Source of the DNA: Smithella sp.
GTDB lineage: Bacteria; Desulfobacterota; Syntrophia; Syntrophales; Smithellaceae
Direction: 5' to 3'
Assembly: GCA_049517435.1 (NCBI GenBank)
Contig: JBEKRZ010000002.1
Location: 77,659-141,658 of the forward strand
DNA length: 64,000 nt
This document shows, in pieces, positions 18,716 through 29,317 of this stretch. Under the pieces are notes generated by a model that did not search any database, was not told where the DNA came from, and saw only the letters and a list, made by a program, of their open reading frames with translations. Numbering within the stretch: position 1 is the stretch's first letter; each line of letters begins with the position of its first letter. The position numbers and the translations under genes are program-made.

Positions 18716-20560
18716 ATGAAGCTGGTAGAAGAATTTAAAAAAATCTCGGGCGATATAAAAATTATCGACAAAGAAGAAGAAAAAGAAATGTACAGCCATG
18801 ATATCGGCGATGTTCCTGCCATCATGACTAAAACATTTTTTAATATACAACCTGATTTTGTCGTCCAACCCCAAAGCGCCGAAGAGATAAAAAAAGTACT
18901 GGAATTTGCTAATGGGAAAAAAGTGCCGGTTATTCCCAGGGGCGCCGCATCATGGGGATTCGGGGGTGTAATTCCGGCAAACGCTGGAATAGTAATTGAT
19001 TTATCACCTTTCCGAAAAATCCTCAATCTCAACAAAGCCGAAAAAACCATAACTGTGGAAGCGGGAGCAAGATGGAGCGATATTGATATTCTAGCTAAAA
19101 AAGAAGGTTTATGCCTGATGACATATCCATCGAGCAAGTTTTCCACCGTCGCCGGCTGGATTGCCACAGGCGGTTACGGCATCAACAGTTTCCGCTACGG
19201 ACACTTATCCAACCAGATTGTGTCCATGACAGTTATAACTCCTTCCGGTGAATCTAAGAAGATTACTCCTAATGATCCTGACTTTGCGTACTTCGTTTCC
19301 ACGGAAGGCGAGTTTGGAATAATTGTTGAAGTAACCCTTAAATTACGTGATGTTCCTCAAGCATCCTATTCGCATCTATTCTATTTTGAAAGTGACAAAG
19401 ACGCTTTTCTGTTCATTGAAAAATTCATCAAATTAGGAAAAGCGAATGAACTGAAGCCTAATGTAATACGTTTCCTTGATGAAAATAACTTAAATGACAT
19501 AAATGAAATCATGCATGCGAAGGTATTTAAAAAGAGTGCCGGAGTGCTGATGGAATTCAGCAGCTCTGAAGATGATAAGAAGTTTTCAACGGTTATAGAG
19601 CAAAGTGATTATGTCGAAGAAGCGCCTCGCTATGTTGCCAGCTATTTATGGAATGAGCGGCTTTTCGGCATGAAGACAAAGCGCCTCGGGCCAACCATTC
19701 TGGCAAGTGAAATTATCATTCCAATAAAAACTGCAGCAGCCTTCACTGAAAAAGCAAAAAAACTCGGGGAATATTACGGTGCGGAAATATGCATCGATTC
19801 CTATATTATAGATGAACATAAAGCACTCATCATGGCCACTTTCCTTTGCGATTCCAGGAAGAAAAAATATTTTATCAGTATGCCGCTCGTTTCCATGCTC
19901 ACGAAAGCTGCCGTTGGATTTGGCGCGGAACCCTATGGGCTCGGCCTCTGGAATGCCGCATTTATTAATTCCCTCTTCACCCGCGCAAAAAAACTTGACC
20001 TGTTGGCTTATAAGCAGCGTGTCGATCCTAACAACATTCTGAATCCGGGTAAATTCTTCAGTATTAATTCAAATGTAATAACTTCCCTTTTATTCAATCC
20101 GGTCTTTTTCAATGCATCTATCGGCATTGTTTCCTTTCTGTCACCGGTTATTGGAAAAGCCGTGACTCTGCTCTTTGGAAAGAATGAAAAGGTAGATACT
20201 CTTGATTATGAGCTGACTACTCATGCCTGTGCCAAATGCGGAAACTGCCTTGCGGTTTGTCCGGCATATCTTGTCACCGGAAATGAAGCAGTGACCGCAA
20301 AGGGAAAGATTGCTCTGGCTAAAAAGCTTATTGAGGGAAGACGAGTAACGAAAGAAGAATCTGAAAATGCGTTTATGTGCATGCATTGCAAAGCCTGTGA
20401 AGAAATATGTCAAACCAATCTCGAACTGATGACGCTTTGGGATTCGCTGGAAAAAAGAATAGAAGCTAACATTGGCCGGCCCGAAGAAAAGATTAATGAA
20501 TTTCTTAAGAAGGTTGATGACAGCAAAGATTACTGGGAAATGGTGGATCGGAATAATTGA
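18716..20560 (+). CDS. FAD-linked oxidoreductase (PCMH/GlcD-type FAD-binding domain) fused to a C-terminal 2x[4Fe-4S] ferredoxin-like domain
   Basis: The N-terminal part shows the FAD_binding_4 pattern (VVQPQSAEEIKKVLEFANGKKVPVIPRGAASWGFGG...AGWIATGGYG). The C-terminal part has two Cys motifs, CAKCGNCLAVCP and CMHCKACEEICQ. Confidence 0.75.
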   Translation: MKLVEEFKKISGDIKIIDKEEEKEMYSHDIGDVPAIMTKTFFNIQPDFVVQPQSAEEIKKVLEFANGKKVPVIPRGAASWGFGGVIPANAGIVIDLSPFRKILNLNKAEKTITVEAGARWSDIDILAKKEGLCLMTYPSSKFSTVAGWIATGGYGINSFRYGHLSNQIVSMTVITPSGESKKITPNDPDFAYFVSTEGEFGIIVEVTLKLRDVPQASYSHLFYFESDKDAFLFIEKFIKLGKANELKPNVIRFLDENNLNDINEIMHAKVFKKSAGVLMEFSSSEDDKKFSTVIEQSDYVEEAPRYVASYLWNERLFGMKTKRLGPTILASEIIIPIKTAAAFTEKAKKLGEYYGAEICIDSYIIDEHKALIMATFLCDSRKKKYFISMPLVSMLTKAAVGFGAEPYGLGLWNAAFINSLFTRAKKLDLLAYKQRVDPNNILNPGKFFSINSNVITSLLFNPVFFNASIGIVSFLSPVIGKAVTLLFGKNEKVDTLDYELTTHACAKCGNCLAVCPAYLVTGNEAVTAKGKIALAKKLIEGRRVTKEESENAFMCMHCKACEEICQTNLELMTLWDSLEKRIEANIGRPEEKINEFLKKVDDSKDYWEMVDRNN

Positions 20561-20603
20561 ATCACAAAAAATTAAATAATGTTGAAAAGATGAATTAAAG
20601 ACT

Positions 20604-22007
20604 ATGCCAAAGAAATATCACATTCACTCAAAAGTAACGCCGCTTGATCTGGATTATGTTTACAAATTTAAGATTGAGCGGGGAGAAAACTGCATCAATT
20701 GCGGTAAATGCACCAAAGTTTGCATTTATGAGGCGCATAAACGGGGAAAAGGTGATCCTCGTAAAATGGCGGACCCGAACACGGTAGTCTGCAGAAACTG
20801 CTTTCGATGCATTCAAGAATGCCCCCGGGGAGCGTTGGAGAAATCTCTGGATAAGGACTTTTTAAATATCGGCGGCTCCTACTGGAAGTCCGATATGTTT
20901 ATTACTTTATGGAAGCAGGCGGAGGATGGTAAAGTTCCTGTTACGGGCGCCGGGTATCGAGGCCCGTTTACCGGCCCGGGGTTTGACAGTATGTGGACCG
21001 ATATGTCGGAAATTGTGCGCCCGACACGCGACGGAATTCATGGACGGGAATACATCAGCACATCCGTTGAACTGGGCAGGAAGCTCAATCACCTGACCTT
21101 TGATGAAAATGGCAAATTATTGTCGAAAATTCATGATACAATTGATATTCCGATTCCCATCATCTTTGATTTTCCCCAAGATAATTTGAGTCCGAATGTA
21201 AAAGTTGCCCTGGTAAGAGCGGCCGCGGAACTAAACACCTGTATCGTATTGTCTGCGGATGATATTAAGATGGATATAAAAAAATATATAAAAAACATCA
21301 TTCCATTAATTTCCCATAAAGAAATTGATAAGCATCAGGGGTTAATCAAAAGTGTAAGATTTGTGGCCCTTGATTATAGCGAAGAAATATTAAGCGCTTT
21401 ACCTGCACTGCAGGATAAAATTAAAAAAATAAATAATGTACTTACTATAATTCGAGTTCCCGCAACGAAATCTGTGGAAGACATTGTTTCCAGGCTGGCA
21501 CATAGTGGCGCGGAGATCATCCATGTCGTGGCCGATTATCGAGGTCAGGAGAATAATGGTTCGGCAGATACTAACCGGCGTCTTGCCAAGGATATTATCC
21601 GTGCCGTTCATCTGAAGCTGGTTGAGGATAGAATCCGCGATGAAGTTACAATTATTTTCTCCGGCGGAATAGCAATGGCCGAGCATGTGCCGAAGGCAAT
21701 GCTTTGTGGCGCTGATTTAACGGCAATAGATTTGCCGCTGCTTATTGCGATTGGCACCAGGTTATATGAAGAACCGGAGAAGATATTAGTATTCCCCGAA
21801 GGACTGGAAAAAATTAAAGTGAAAACTGTAATGCAGAGGATCATTAACCTCATGGGCGCATGGCACTCGCAGCTCCTGGAGGTAATGGGCGCCATGGGTA
21901 TTCGTGAAGCACGCAGGTTGCGCGGTGAAACCGGAAGGGCTATCTTCTTTGAAGAAATCGATAATGATACTTTTGGAAAAATATTTAAAAAAAGAGAAAC
22001 GGTATAA
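20604..22007 (+). CDS. ferredoxin-domain protein with a divergent glutamate-synthase FMN-domain-like TIM barrel (GltB domain-2 paralog)
   Basis: The N-terminus has CINCGKCTKVC and CRNCFRCIQECP. The C-terminal IIFSGGIAMAEHVPKAMLCGADLTAIDL parallels ASGGIRTAHDLAKAICLGADGAVIG of the next gene. The canonical GGMSFGS and KPGxGG motifs are missing. Confidence 0.6.
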   Translation: MPKKYHIHSKVTPLDLDYVYKFKIERGENCINCGKCTKVCIYEAHKRGKGDPRKMADPNTVVCRNCFRCIQECPRGALEKSLDKDFLNIGGSYWKSDMFITLWKQAEDGKVPVTGAGYRGPFTGPGFDSMWTDMSEIVRPTRDGIHGREYISTSVELGRKLNHLTFDENGKLLSKIHDTIDIPIPIIFDFPQDNLSPNVKVALVRAAAELNTCIVLSADDIKMDIKKYIKNIIPLISHKEIDKHQGLIKSVRFVALDYSEEILSALPALQDKIKKINNVLTIIRVPATKSVEDIVSRLAHSGAEIIHVVADYRGQENNGSADTNRRLAKDIIRAVHLKLVEDRIRDEVTIIFSGGIAMAEHVPKAMLCGADLTAIDLPLLIAIGTRLYEEPEKILVFPEGLEKIKVKTVMQRIINLMGAWHSQLLEVMGAMGIREARRLRGETGRAIFFEEIDNDTFGKIFKKRETV

Positions 22008-22009
22008 TT

Positions 22010-23494
22010 ATGAAACCACCTTCGGCTGTCAAAATTAAAAAAATGCCTTCGCGCTTCAAGCATCAGGTGCCGAAATATAAGGTTACTCGATCCAGCGCCT
22101 GCATCAACTGCGGTACTTGCGCCAAATCATGCCCCTACGGAGTTCATGAAAAAAGGGAGGGGCAAAACAAGATGAGAGTCCCTATAAACTATAAATGTAT
22201 CGGGTTTGAATGCAAAAACAATGATTTTTATTGTGTGGCAAAATGTCCGCGCAAGGCTTTGAGTATTTCTCTTAATCCTATGTATGAAACACTCGGCGAT
22301 TACCGCTGGACGGCGGATATGATCACCGGAACCTGGATAATGGCGGAAACGGGATATCCACCCGAACGTAAGGATCTGGAATATAATACCGGTAATTCCG
22401 GCGGCGGCTTCGACAAGCTACGTCTCAAGTTTCCTGCCGGGCAGCCGAAAATTGATAAGTCTGAAATATCAACAGAGATTCCCTTAAACAAGAGAAATGA
22501 TGGCCGTGCCAATATTATCATTTCCACTCCTGTCTATGGCGGCGGCATGTCCTTCGGGTCGGTAAGTTTGCCAACCATGCTTGCAAAAGCGCACAACGCG
22601 ACAATATGGAATACCTTTACCTGCACAGGAGAAGGAGGATACCCGGAACTGCTTCAACCTTATGATGACCACGTGATTACTCAAGTGGCGACAGGTTTAT
22701 TTGGAGTGCGTGAAGAAACAATACAGCGGGTAAAGATAATTGAATTCAAATACGCGCAGGGCGCGAAACCCGGCCTTGGCGGTCATCTTCTGGGTGAAAA
22801 AAATACCGAAAGCGTTGCCCGGATGCGTGAAGCGGTCAAAGGCACTTCTTTGTTTTCACCTTTTCCATTTCATTCGGTGTATTCCATTGAAGATCACAAG
22901 AAGCATATTGACTGGATCAAAGAAATCAATCCTAACGCACTTGTTTCCGTTAAGGTTTCGACACCCAACGATGTAGATATGGTTGCTGTCGGTTCATACT
23001 ATGCCGGAGCTCATATAATTCATATCGATGGCGGATATGGCGGTACCGGTGCGGCGCCGGATATTGCCAAAAAGAACATTGCCATGCCTATTGAATATGC
23101 GATATCGAAAGTTCATAATTTTTTAAAAGACGAGGGCGCCCGCGACGCGATGACACTTATTGCCTCAGGTGGCATTCGAACTGCTCATGATTTGGCCAAA
23201 GCCATTTGTCTGGGCGCGGACGGAGCGGTTATCGGCACAGCGGAATTGGTTTCTCTGGAATGCGTCAGATGTGGAAACTGTGAATCGGGCCGTGGTTGTG
23301 CCCGGGGTATTGCCTCAACGGATTCGGAACTTGCCGATTTATTTAATGAGGAATGGGCTACACAACGCCTGACTAACATGTACCATGCATGGAATGTCCA
23401 GCTTGTGGAAATACTGCAGAAGTTCGGCATGAAGAGCGTAAGAGAACTTGTTGGCCGGACTGATTTGCTTGAGCATATAGATTACAGTAAATAA
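22010..23494 (+). CDS. glutamate synthase FMN-binding subunit (archaeal-type GltB domain 2) with an N-terminal 4Fe-4S ferredoxin domain
   Basis: Motifs present are CINCGTCAKSCP, GGMSFGSVS, KYAQGAKPGLGGHLLGEK, IHIDGGYGGTGAAP, ASGGIRTAHDLAKAICLGADGAV and the Cys cluster CVRCGNCESGRGC. Confidence 0.85.
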   Translation: MKPPSAVKIKKMPSRFKHQVPKYKVTRSSACINCGTCAKSCPYGVHEKREGQNKMRVPINYKCIGFECKNNDFYCVAKCPRKALSISLNPMYETLGDYRWTADMITGTWIMAETGYPPERKDLEYNTGNSGGGFDKLRLKFPAGQPKIDKSEISTEIPLNKRNDGRANIIISTPVYGGGMSFGSVSLPTMLAKAHNATIWNTFTCTGEGGYPELLQPYDDHVITQVATGLFGVREETIQRVKIIEFKYAQGAKPGLGGHLLGEKNTESVARMREAVKGTSLFSPFPFHSVYSIEDHKKHIDWIKEINPNALVSVKVSTPNDVDMVAVGSYYAGAHIIHIDGGYGGTGAAPDIAKKNIAMPIEYAISKVHNFLKDEGARDAMTLIASGGIRTAHDLAKAICLGADGAVIGTAELVSLECVRCGNCESGRGCARGIASTDSELADLFNEEWATQRLTNMYHAWNVQLVEILQKFGMKSVRELVGRTDLLEHIDYSK

Positions 23495-23511
23495 AGCGGA
23501 GTTTAGTAATA

Positions 23512-26136
23512 ATGGACAATGTTGAAAAAATAATAATATCACGAGATGAACTTTGCAGCCAGGTGCCGCCTTTGGCCATGAATACCGAAGAAGAGGGTGG
23601 CTGCGGTGTAACAGGCTTTATCTGTTCGATTCCCGTAACCGGGAAAAATATTTTTGAGCCATCCGTGCAGATGCACAACAGAGGCAATGGAAAAGGCGGC
23701 GGCATTGGCGCCGTAGGATTTATTCCCGAAGCAATGGGTGTATCCAAACAGGTGCTTCAGGACGATTATATGCTGCACATTGCTCTTCTCGACGCGAGTG
23801 TATGTACCGAAATTGAAAATACCTACATCAAACCGTACTTTAAAATCGATAAAGCGGAAAAGCTTGCCACCATTGACGATCATCGCAGTATCGGATTGGA
23901 TGTGCGGCCGCCGGATGTAATGCGTTATTTTGTGCGCGTTGAGGATGATGTCCTCGATAAATTCATTGCGGATAACAAATTTTCATCAATGGATCGGCGT
24001 GACGCTGAGGATGAATTTGTTTATCAGAACAGCTTTAAGATTAACACGCACTATTACGCGTCTCTTGGTGAAAAAAAGGCTTTTATCATGTCGCACGGCA
24101 GGAACATGATGATCCTGAAAATCGTGGGATATGCGGAAAACGTCGTTAAATACTATAAACTGGAAGACTTCAAAGCATATGCCTGGCTGGCCCACCAGCG
24201 TTATCCGACACGCGGACGTGTCTGGCATCCGGGTGGCTGCCATCCGTTTAGCGCACTCCATGAAGCTTTGGTGCATAACGGTGACTTTGCTAATTATCAG
24301 GCTGTGAGTGAATATCTAAAACAGCGCAACTATTACCCTCTGTTTCTGACAGATACTGAAGAAGCCGCGCTGCTTCTGGATTTGTGGAGCAGAGTATATA
24401 AATATCCTCTGGAACACCTGATTGAAGCCATGGCCCCGACTTCGGAAATGGACTTTGATATGTTGCCCGCTGAAAAGCAGGAACTGTATAAAGCTATTCA
24501 GACCCATCATGTAAACTCATCGCCGGATGGACCGTGGTTCTTTATCATTGCCAGGAATGATGTTAGAAATGATCAATTCCAGCTAATAGGCATTACCGAT
24601 ACTGCTATGTTACGCCCTCAAGTATTTGCCCTGCAGGAGGGGGAAGTCCAGATCGGTCTGATTTGTTCGGAGAAGCAGGCCATTGATGCGACGCTGATTT
24701 CCCTGGAAAGAGAAGATCCGCGTTTCGGGCCTATTGCCGATAAATATTGGAATGCCCGCGGTGGCAGTTATACTGATGGCGGTTCATTTATTTTCAGCCT
24801 TAAAGATACCGCAGATGGCATGAAGCTTATTTGTACCGACAAGTTTGGGAAGGTAATCAAAACTCCAAAGGGCAAAGTCACCTGTGATGTAGCAAAAAAG
24901 ATTTCAGTTACGGAAGACTACAGACCTATAGAAGGAAAGATTGCTGGTTTATTTACCGAAAGTGATTATTCAACCGTTGCTGATAAATTGTTCACATATG
25001 TAAAGGATAGCATGGGCAGCTTTAATCCGGACAAGCTCAGATTCTGCATTGAGACGATCAAGAGTTATGCCCTGAAAAGTGATAACGGCAAACAAGCAGT
25101 CGTCAGCGCGTTAACGCTTTTGAATGATCGTCGATTCAATACCGGCTCGATAAAAAGAAGCTCCCTGCTACATGTACTGAAAATAACTCTGGCTGATATT
25201 TTCGACGCAACGCCGATGATTACGGAAATGTCAAATTCAATCTTCAGCCGGATTAATTATAAAAGCCGTGATCAACTTCGTGCGCCGAAAAGCAATGAGA
25301 AAATTCTGGTTATTGACGCCGAACAGTTTGAGCCGGAAGGCGATCTTTGCGACGCGGTAATGATTGTGAAGGCCTTTAAGCTCGGCTGGAAACGGTTTAT
25401 TGTTTACAAATATCGTGGTCAGAGGTTTACGGGTTGTGGTTTTGGTCCGGCGACCAAAGATGTGAGAATCGATGTCTACGGGGCTTCCGGCGATTATCTG
25501 GCATCAGGCATTGACGGCATGGAAATTTATGTTCATGGCAATGCTCAGGATCAACTCTGCCAGATTATGAAGGAAGGGAAACTTGTTGTATTTGGCGATG
25601 TCGGCCAGACATTCATGTACGGAGCCAAGGGGGGCAGCGCGTATATAATGGGCAACGCGGCGGGTCGGCCTTTAATCAATGCTGTAGGCAAGCCGCGCGT
25701 GGTGATCAATGGCACCGCTCTGGATTACCTTGCTGAATCTTTTATGGCCGGCGATCCGCTCAATGGCGGCGGTTTTGTTATTCTCAACGGTATTGGTTTT
25801 AACGCTGAAGATGGTTCGGTTTATGAGTACGAATCACCTTATCCCGGTTCGAATATATTCTCTCTGGCTTCCGGTGGAGCGATTTATGTCCGAGATCCGC
25901 ATAAGAAACTTGTTGATGAGCAGTTAAATGGAGGAGAATTTGCTGAAATTACGGATGCGGACTGGCAACTGATTGAGCCTTATCTGAAAGAAAATGAAAA
26001 ACTATTCGGCATTACTATAGACAGGCTTTTAACAGTTGAAGATAGTAAAAAAGCTCCGCAAGCAGTCTACAGAAAGATCAGACCTCAAAAAATGACAGCT
26101 GTCCACAAAGACGATGATGATGGCTTGGAAGAATAA
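23512..26136 (+). CDS. fusion of a class-II glutamine amidotransferase (GltB domain 1-like) and a GXGXG domain (GltB domain 3-like)
   Basis: The N-terminal nucleophile context is EEGGCGVTGF, followed by HQRYPTRG and NGDFANY. The C-terminal third carries the repeated G-x-G pattern YGASGDYLASGIDGMEIYVHGNAQDQ...VFGDVGQTFMYGAKGGSAYIMGNAAGRP. About 250 aa in the middle are unassigned. Confidence 0.8.
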   Translation: MDNVEKIIISRDELCSQVPPLAMNTEEEGGCGVTGFICSIPVTGKNIFEPSVQMHNRGNGKGGGIGAVGFIPEAMGVSKQVLQDDYMLHIALLDASVCTEIENTYIKPYFKIDKAEKLATIDDHRSIGLDVRPPDVMRYFVRVEDDVLDKFIADNKFSSMDRRDAEDEFVYQNSFKINTHYYASLGEKKAFIMSHGRNMMILKIVGYAENVVKYYKLEDFKAYAWLAHQRYPTRGRVWHPGGCHPFSALHEALVHNGDFANYQAVSEYLKQRNYYPLFLTDTEEAALLLDLWSRVYKYPLEHLIEAMAPTSEMDFDMLPAEKQELYKAIQTHHVNSSPDGPWFFIIARNDVRNDQFQLIGITDTAMLRPQVFALQEGEVQIGLICSEKQAIDATLISLEREDPRFGPIADKYWNARGGSYTDGGSFIFSLKDTADGMKLICTDKFGKVIKTPKGKVTCDVAKKISVTEDYRPIEGKIAGLFTESDYSTVADKLFTYVKDSMGSFNPDKLRFCIETIKSYALKSDNGKQAVVSALTLLNDRRFNTGSIKRSSLLHVLKITLADIFDATPMITEMSNSIFSRINYKSRDQLRAPKSNEKILVIDAEQFEPEGDLCDAVMIVKAFKLGWKRFIVYKYRGQRFTGCGFGPATKDVRIDVYGASGDYLASGIDGMEIYVHGNAQDQLCQIMKEGKLVVFGDVGQTFMYGAKGGSAYIMGNAAGRPLINAVGKPRVVINGTALDYLAESFMAGDPLNGGGFVILNGIGFNAEDGSVYEYESPYPGSNIFSLASGGAIYVRDPHKKLVDEQLNGGEFAEITDADWQLIEPYLKENEKLFGITIDRLLTVEDSKKAPQAVYRKIRPQKMTAVHKDDDDGLEE

Positions 26137-26138
26137 AT

Positions 26139-27722
26139 CTAATCCGTATCATCGGAATTTTTATTGTTTTTGCGGAAAAGCTTGGGATTGATTCCTAATT
26201 TTGTAATTTTATATTGAATAATACGTTTTGTTGTCCCCAAAACTTTGGCGGCCTTTGTTTGATTCCCACCGGTTGCTTCCAACGTATCAATAATTAAAGA
26301 TCTTTCCTGCGCTTCGACAACAGAAGATAGTTTGCTGTGTTCTTTCTTTTCCACTTTAGTTTCTTTTACATGCAAAGACGGCGGCAAATGAAAAGAATCG
26401 ATAGTATCAGTATTTGATAAAAGAACAGCCCTCTCAATACAATTTTCCAGTTCACGCACATTACCGGGCCATTTGTGAGATAGAAATACTTCTATTGCTG
26501 CGGTGGAAATTTTTTTAACATTTTTTCCCATTTCCTTACTGTATTTCAAAATAAAATGATCCGCCAGAAGTATAATATCACTGCCTCTTTCGCGAAGTGA
26601 AGGTAAATATATTGGAAAAACATTTAAACGATAAAACAAATCGGCACGAAAACGTTCAGCCACAATGTCTTGTTCTAAATTTCTGTTGGTTGCCGCGATA
26701 ATACGGACATTAACATTTATAATCCGCGAAGAACCCAACGGCTGAAACCTTTTTTCCTGCAAAACGCGCAAAAGTTTTACCTGAGCGGCGGCAGAAAGCT
26801 CTCCTACTTCATCCAGGAAAATTGTGCCGCCGTTAGCCTCTTCAAAACGTCCCCGGCGTTGATGCAGCGCTCCAGTAAAAGATCCTCTTTCATGACCAAA
26901 GAGCTCGCTTTCAATCAACGTATCCGGAATAGCCGCACAATTAACCTGCACCATCGGCCCTTTGTGCCGCGGAGAGTTCATATGTATAGCTCTGGCGATC
27001 AGTTCCTTACCGGTTCCTGTTTCGCCGGTGATTAAGACTGTCGTATTGGAATCGGCTACCTGGGCTACCAAACCGAATACTTCCTGCATCGGCTTGGAAT
27101 GGCCGATAATATCTATAGAAGGCGCGCGCCCACTGCCGACAATTTTTCTAAGACGTTCGTTTTCTTCCTCCAGTGCCCTGATATGCACAGCCTTGGCCAT
27201 AAGCTCAGCTACGGCGGAGAGCATGGCCAGTTCGCAATCCAGATCTTCCACTTCGAGAGCTACTTTATCGGCTGAAAGAACGCCGACGACATTTGCATCA
27301 TAAATAATGGGAACGCAAAGAAAAGCCAGTTCCGATCTGTTTAAATGACGTCGGGCGCCGGTGCGGTCTAAAAAGTGAGTAGCCTGACCAAGATTAGCCA
27401 CGGCCATAGGGCGGCCTGTTTCCGCCACTTTGCCGGTAATACCCTCGCCGGGTTTGTAAGTTACGTCCATTCCTTCGATATTTATATCATGAGCAATATC
27501 GAGCCATGCCTCTTTTTTTTCCCTATCCAGAAGCGAAATCATGCCCCGCTTCATGCCTAGACGGGAACTCATTTCCTGCAGGACCAGATCCAATTGATCG
27601 CGGAGGTCTTGAGGCTGAGCTAAAATTTTAGCTATCGCGTGCAATGTGGCCAGCTCTTCATAACTATGAATACTCAAATTACGCTCTTTCTCAGAAAAAG
27701 ATTTTTTTGTAGCTTTGCTCAT
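26139..27722 (-). CDS. sigma-54-dependent transcriptional activator (GAF sensor, AAA+ domain, Fis-type HTH; NifA-like architecture)
   Basis: It contains a GAF-like N-terminus, Walker A GETGTGKE, the GAFTGA variant [24 protein letters not shown] and the C-terminal [24 protein letters not shown]. The start was set at the MSKATKK ATG at 27722. Confidence 0.9.
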   Translation of the reverse strand: MSKATKKSFSEKERNLSIHSYEELATLHAIAKILAQPQDLRDQLDLVLQEMSSRLGMKRGMISLLDREKKEAWLDIAHDINIEGMDVTYKPGEGITGKVAETGRPMAVANLGQATHFLDRTGARRHLNRSELAFLCVPIIYDANVVGVLSADKVALEVEDLDCELAMLSAVAELMAKAVHIRALEEENERLRKIVGSGRAPSIDIIGHSKPMQEVFGLVAQVADSNTTVLITGETGTGKELIARAIHMNSPRHKGPMVQVNCAAIPDTLIESELFGHERGSFTGALHQRRGRFEEANGGTIFLDEVGELSAAAQVKLLRVLQEKRFQPLGSSRIINVNVRIIAATNRNLEQDIVAERFRADLFYRLNVFPIYLPSLRERGSDIILLADHFILKYSKEMGKNVKKISTAAIEVFLSHKWPGNVRELENCIERAVLLSNTDTIDSFHLPPSLHVKETKVEKKEHSKLSSVVEAQERSLIIDTLEATGGNQTKAAKVLGTTKRIIQYKITKLGINPKLFRKNNKNSDDTD

Positions 27723-27951
27723 AGACGGTTCGGCAAACCTAAAAGTATTTTGTAACAAAATTGTACTAATAGCAATCGTTTTTTAGCTTCTTAGAAGAAA
27801 TTTGCAAAGAGTAAGCCAATTATGAGTTTTTTTGATAATTTCCCCTCCCAATGGTAAGTTTGATTGTATTTTAAAAAAACAAATCAATAAAAGTTAGTTG
27901 AAAAAAAAGACAATCGCAATAGATCTAATTTATCAAATATGAGGGTTATCT

Positions 27952-29096
27952 ATGATTTCGAAAAGAGCGTCCAGATTCACATCTTTCATTGTCATGGATG
28001 TAATGGCGAAAGCCGAAGAGTTGGAGCGTAAAGGGGAACACGTTATCCATCTGGAAGTAGGCGATCCCGATTTCCCACACCCAAAGTTATAACGAAGGCG
28101 GCCAGCGACGCTTTGCACAATAACAAAACCCGCTATACCCACGCCTTAGATTTGTTGGAACTGCGTCAGGCTATATGTGATTTTTATTTTAAGGAATACA
28201 GTGTCAATATAACGCCAGATCAGGTGCTGGTCTCCACAGGCACTTCTCCCGCACTGTTATTCGCGATGCTCGCGATTTTAGATCATGGCAACGAAGTGAT
28301 TATCTCCAATCCGCGCTACCCCTGTTACCAGAACTTTATCCTCGCGACCGGAGGCAAGACTAAAGAGGTTAAAACTTACCCGGAAGAGGGATTTCAATAC
28401 CGTCCTGATGACATCAAAAAGAAGCTCTCGCCACGGACAAAGGCGATTCTGATTAACTCGCCTTCCAATCCCACAGGCATTGTCATGAGCAAAGACCAAT
28501 TACAGAACATTGCGCAATTTGATCGCCAGTATATTATCTCGGATGAAATTTATCAAGGCTTGGTCTATCAAGATCGGGCTCACTCTATTTTGGGATTCAC
28601 GGATAAGGCTTTTGTCATCAATGGTTTTTCTAAATTATACGCGATGACCGGCTGGCGCTTGGGTTACTGCATCTTCCCCAAACAGTTTTCAAAAGTTATG
28701 CAGAGAATTCATCAGAATTTTATGATTTCCGCTAACGGCTTTATTCAATGGGCGGGCATCGCCGCTCTTACCAAAGCTAAAAAAGATGTGGCCAAAATGA
28801 TAAGGATTTACAATGAACGCCGCCAATACATGCTGGCGCGCTTGAAAAACATGGGTTTTGTAATTCATGTCGAGCCGACTGGCGCGTTTTATGTGTTTGC
28901 CGATGCGCGGCGCTTTTGCACGGATTCTTACAAGGAAGCTTTTCGTATTACTGAAGAGATAAAGGTTGGAGTTACACCCGGCATGGATTTCGGTAGTGCA
29001 GGCGAAGGATTTTTACGTTTTTCTTACGCCAATTCGATAGAAAACATTAAAGAAGGCTTAAACCGGCTTGAGCGTTATCTTCGCAAATATGATTAA
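27952..29096 (+). pseudogene. class I/II (aspartate-type) aminotransferase interrupted by a 1-nt frameshift
   Basis: Frame 1 from the ATG at 27952 reads MISKRASRFTSFIVMDVMAKAEELERKGEHVIHLEVGDPDFPHPKL*. Another frame continues FPTPKVITKAASDALHNNKTRYTHA... to 29096. The two join into the canonical GDPDFPTP motif if one T is added to the T3 run at 28071-28073. The pyridoxal-phosphate Lys region SKLYAMTGWRLGY is present. Confidence 0.8.
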
Positions 29097-29317
29097 TGAA
29101 TTTTTTCATTCAGCTCAAACAATTGTCAATAATTAAAAATACTATCCAGAAACGTAAAATAGATGCCAACTAAAAAAAGCTATTAATGTTTGTACCCTTA
29201 AGTCTGCTGTTCTCATCATTACTACTCAATTATTTTTTTATAAGTGGTAAGTAGCATAAATATTCACCTCATCCGTTGTTAAGGCTGAAAAAGTGTAGTA
29301 TGCGTCGGAGAAGCAGG

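Noticed and set aside
18652-19167. A 171-aa minus-strand ORF at the start of the GOGAT-like operon.
   Set aside because: It overlaps the FAD-oxidoreductase gene antisense and runs into the AT-rich promoter region. Its composition is not protein-like.
27933-28142. A 69-aa minus-strand ORF across the aminotransferase frameshift site.
   Set aside because: It is antisense to recognisable aminotransferase coding sequence in two plus-strand frames. The frameshifted-gene interpretation explains the region better.
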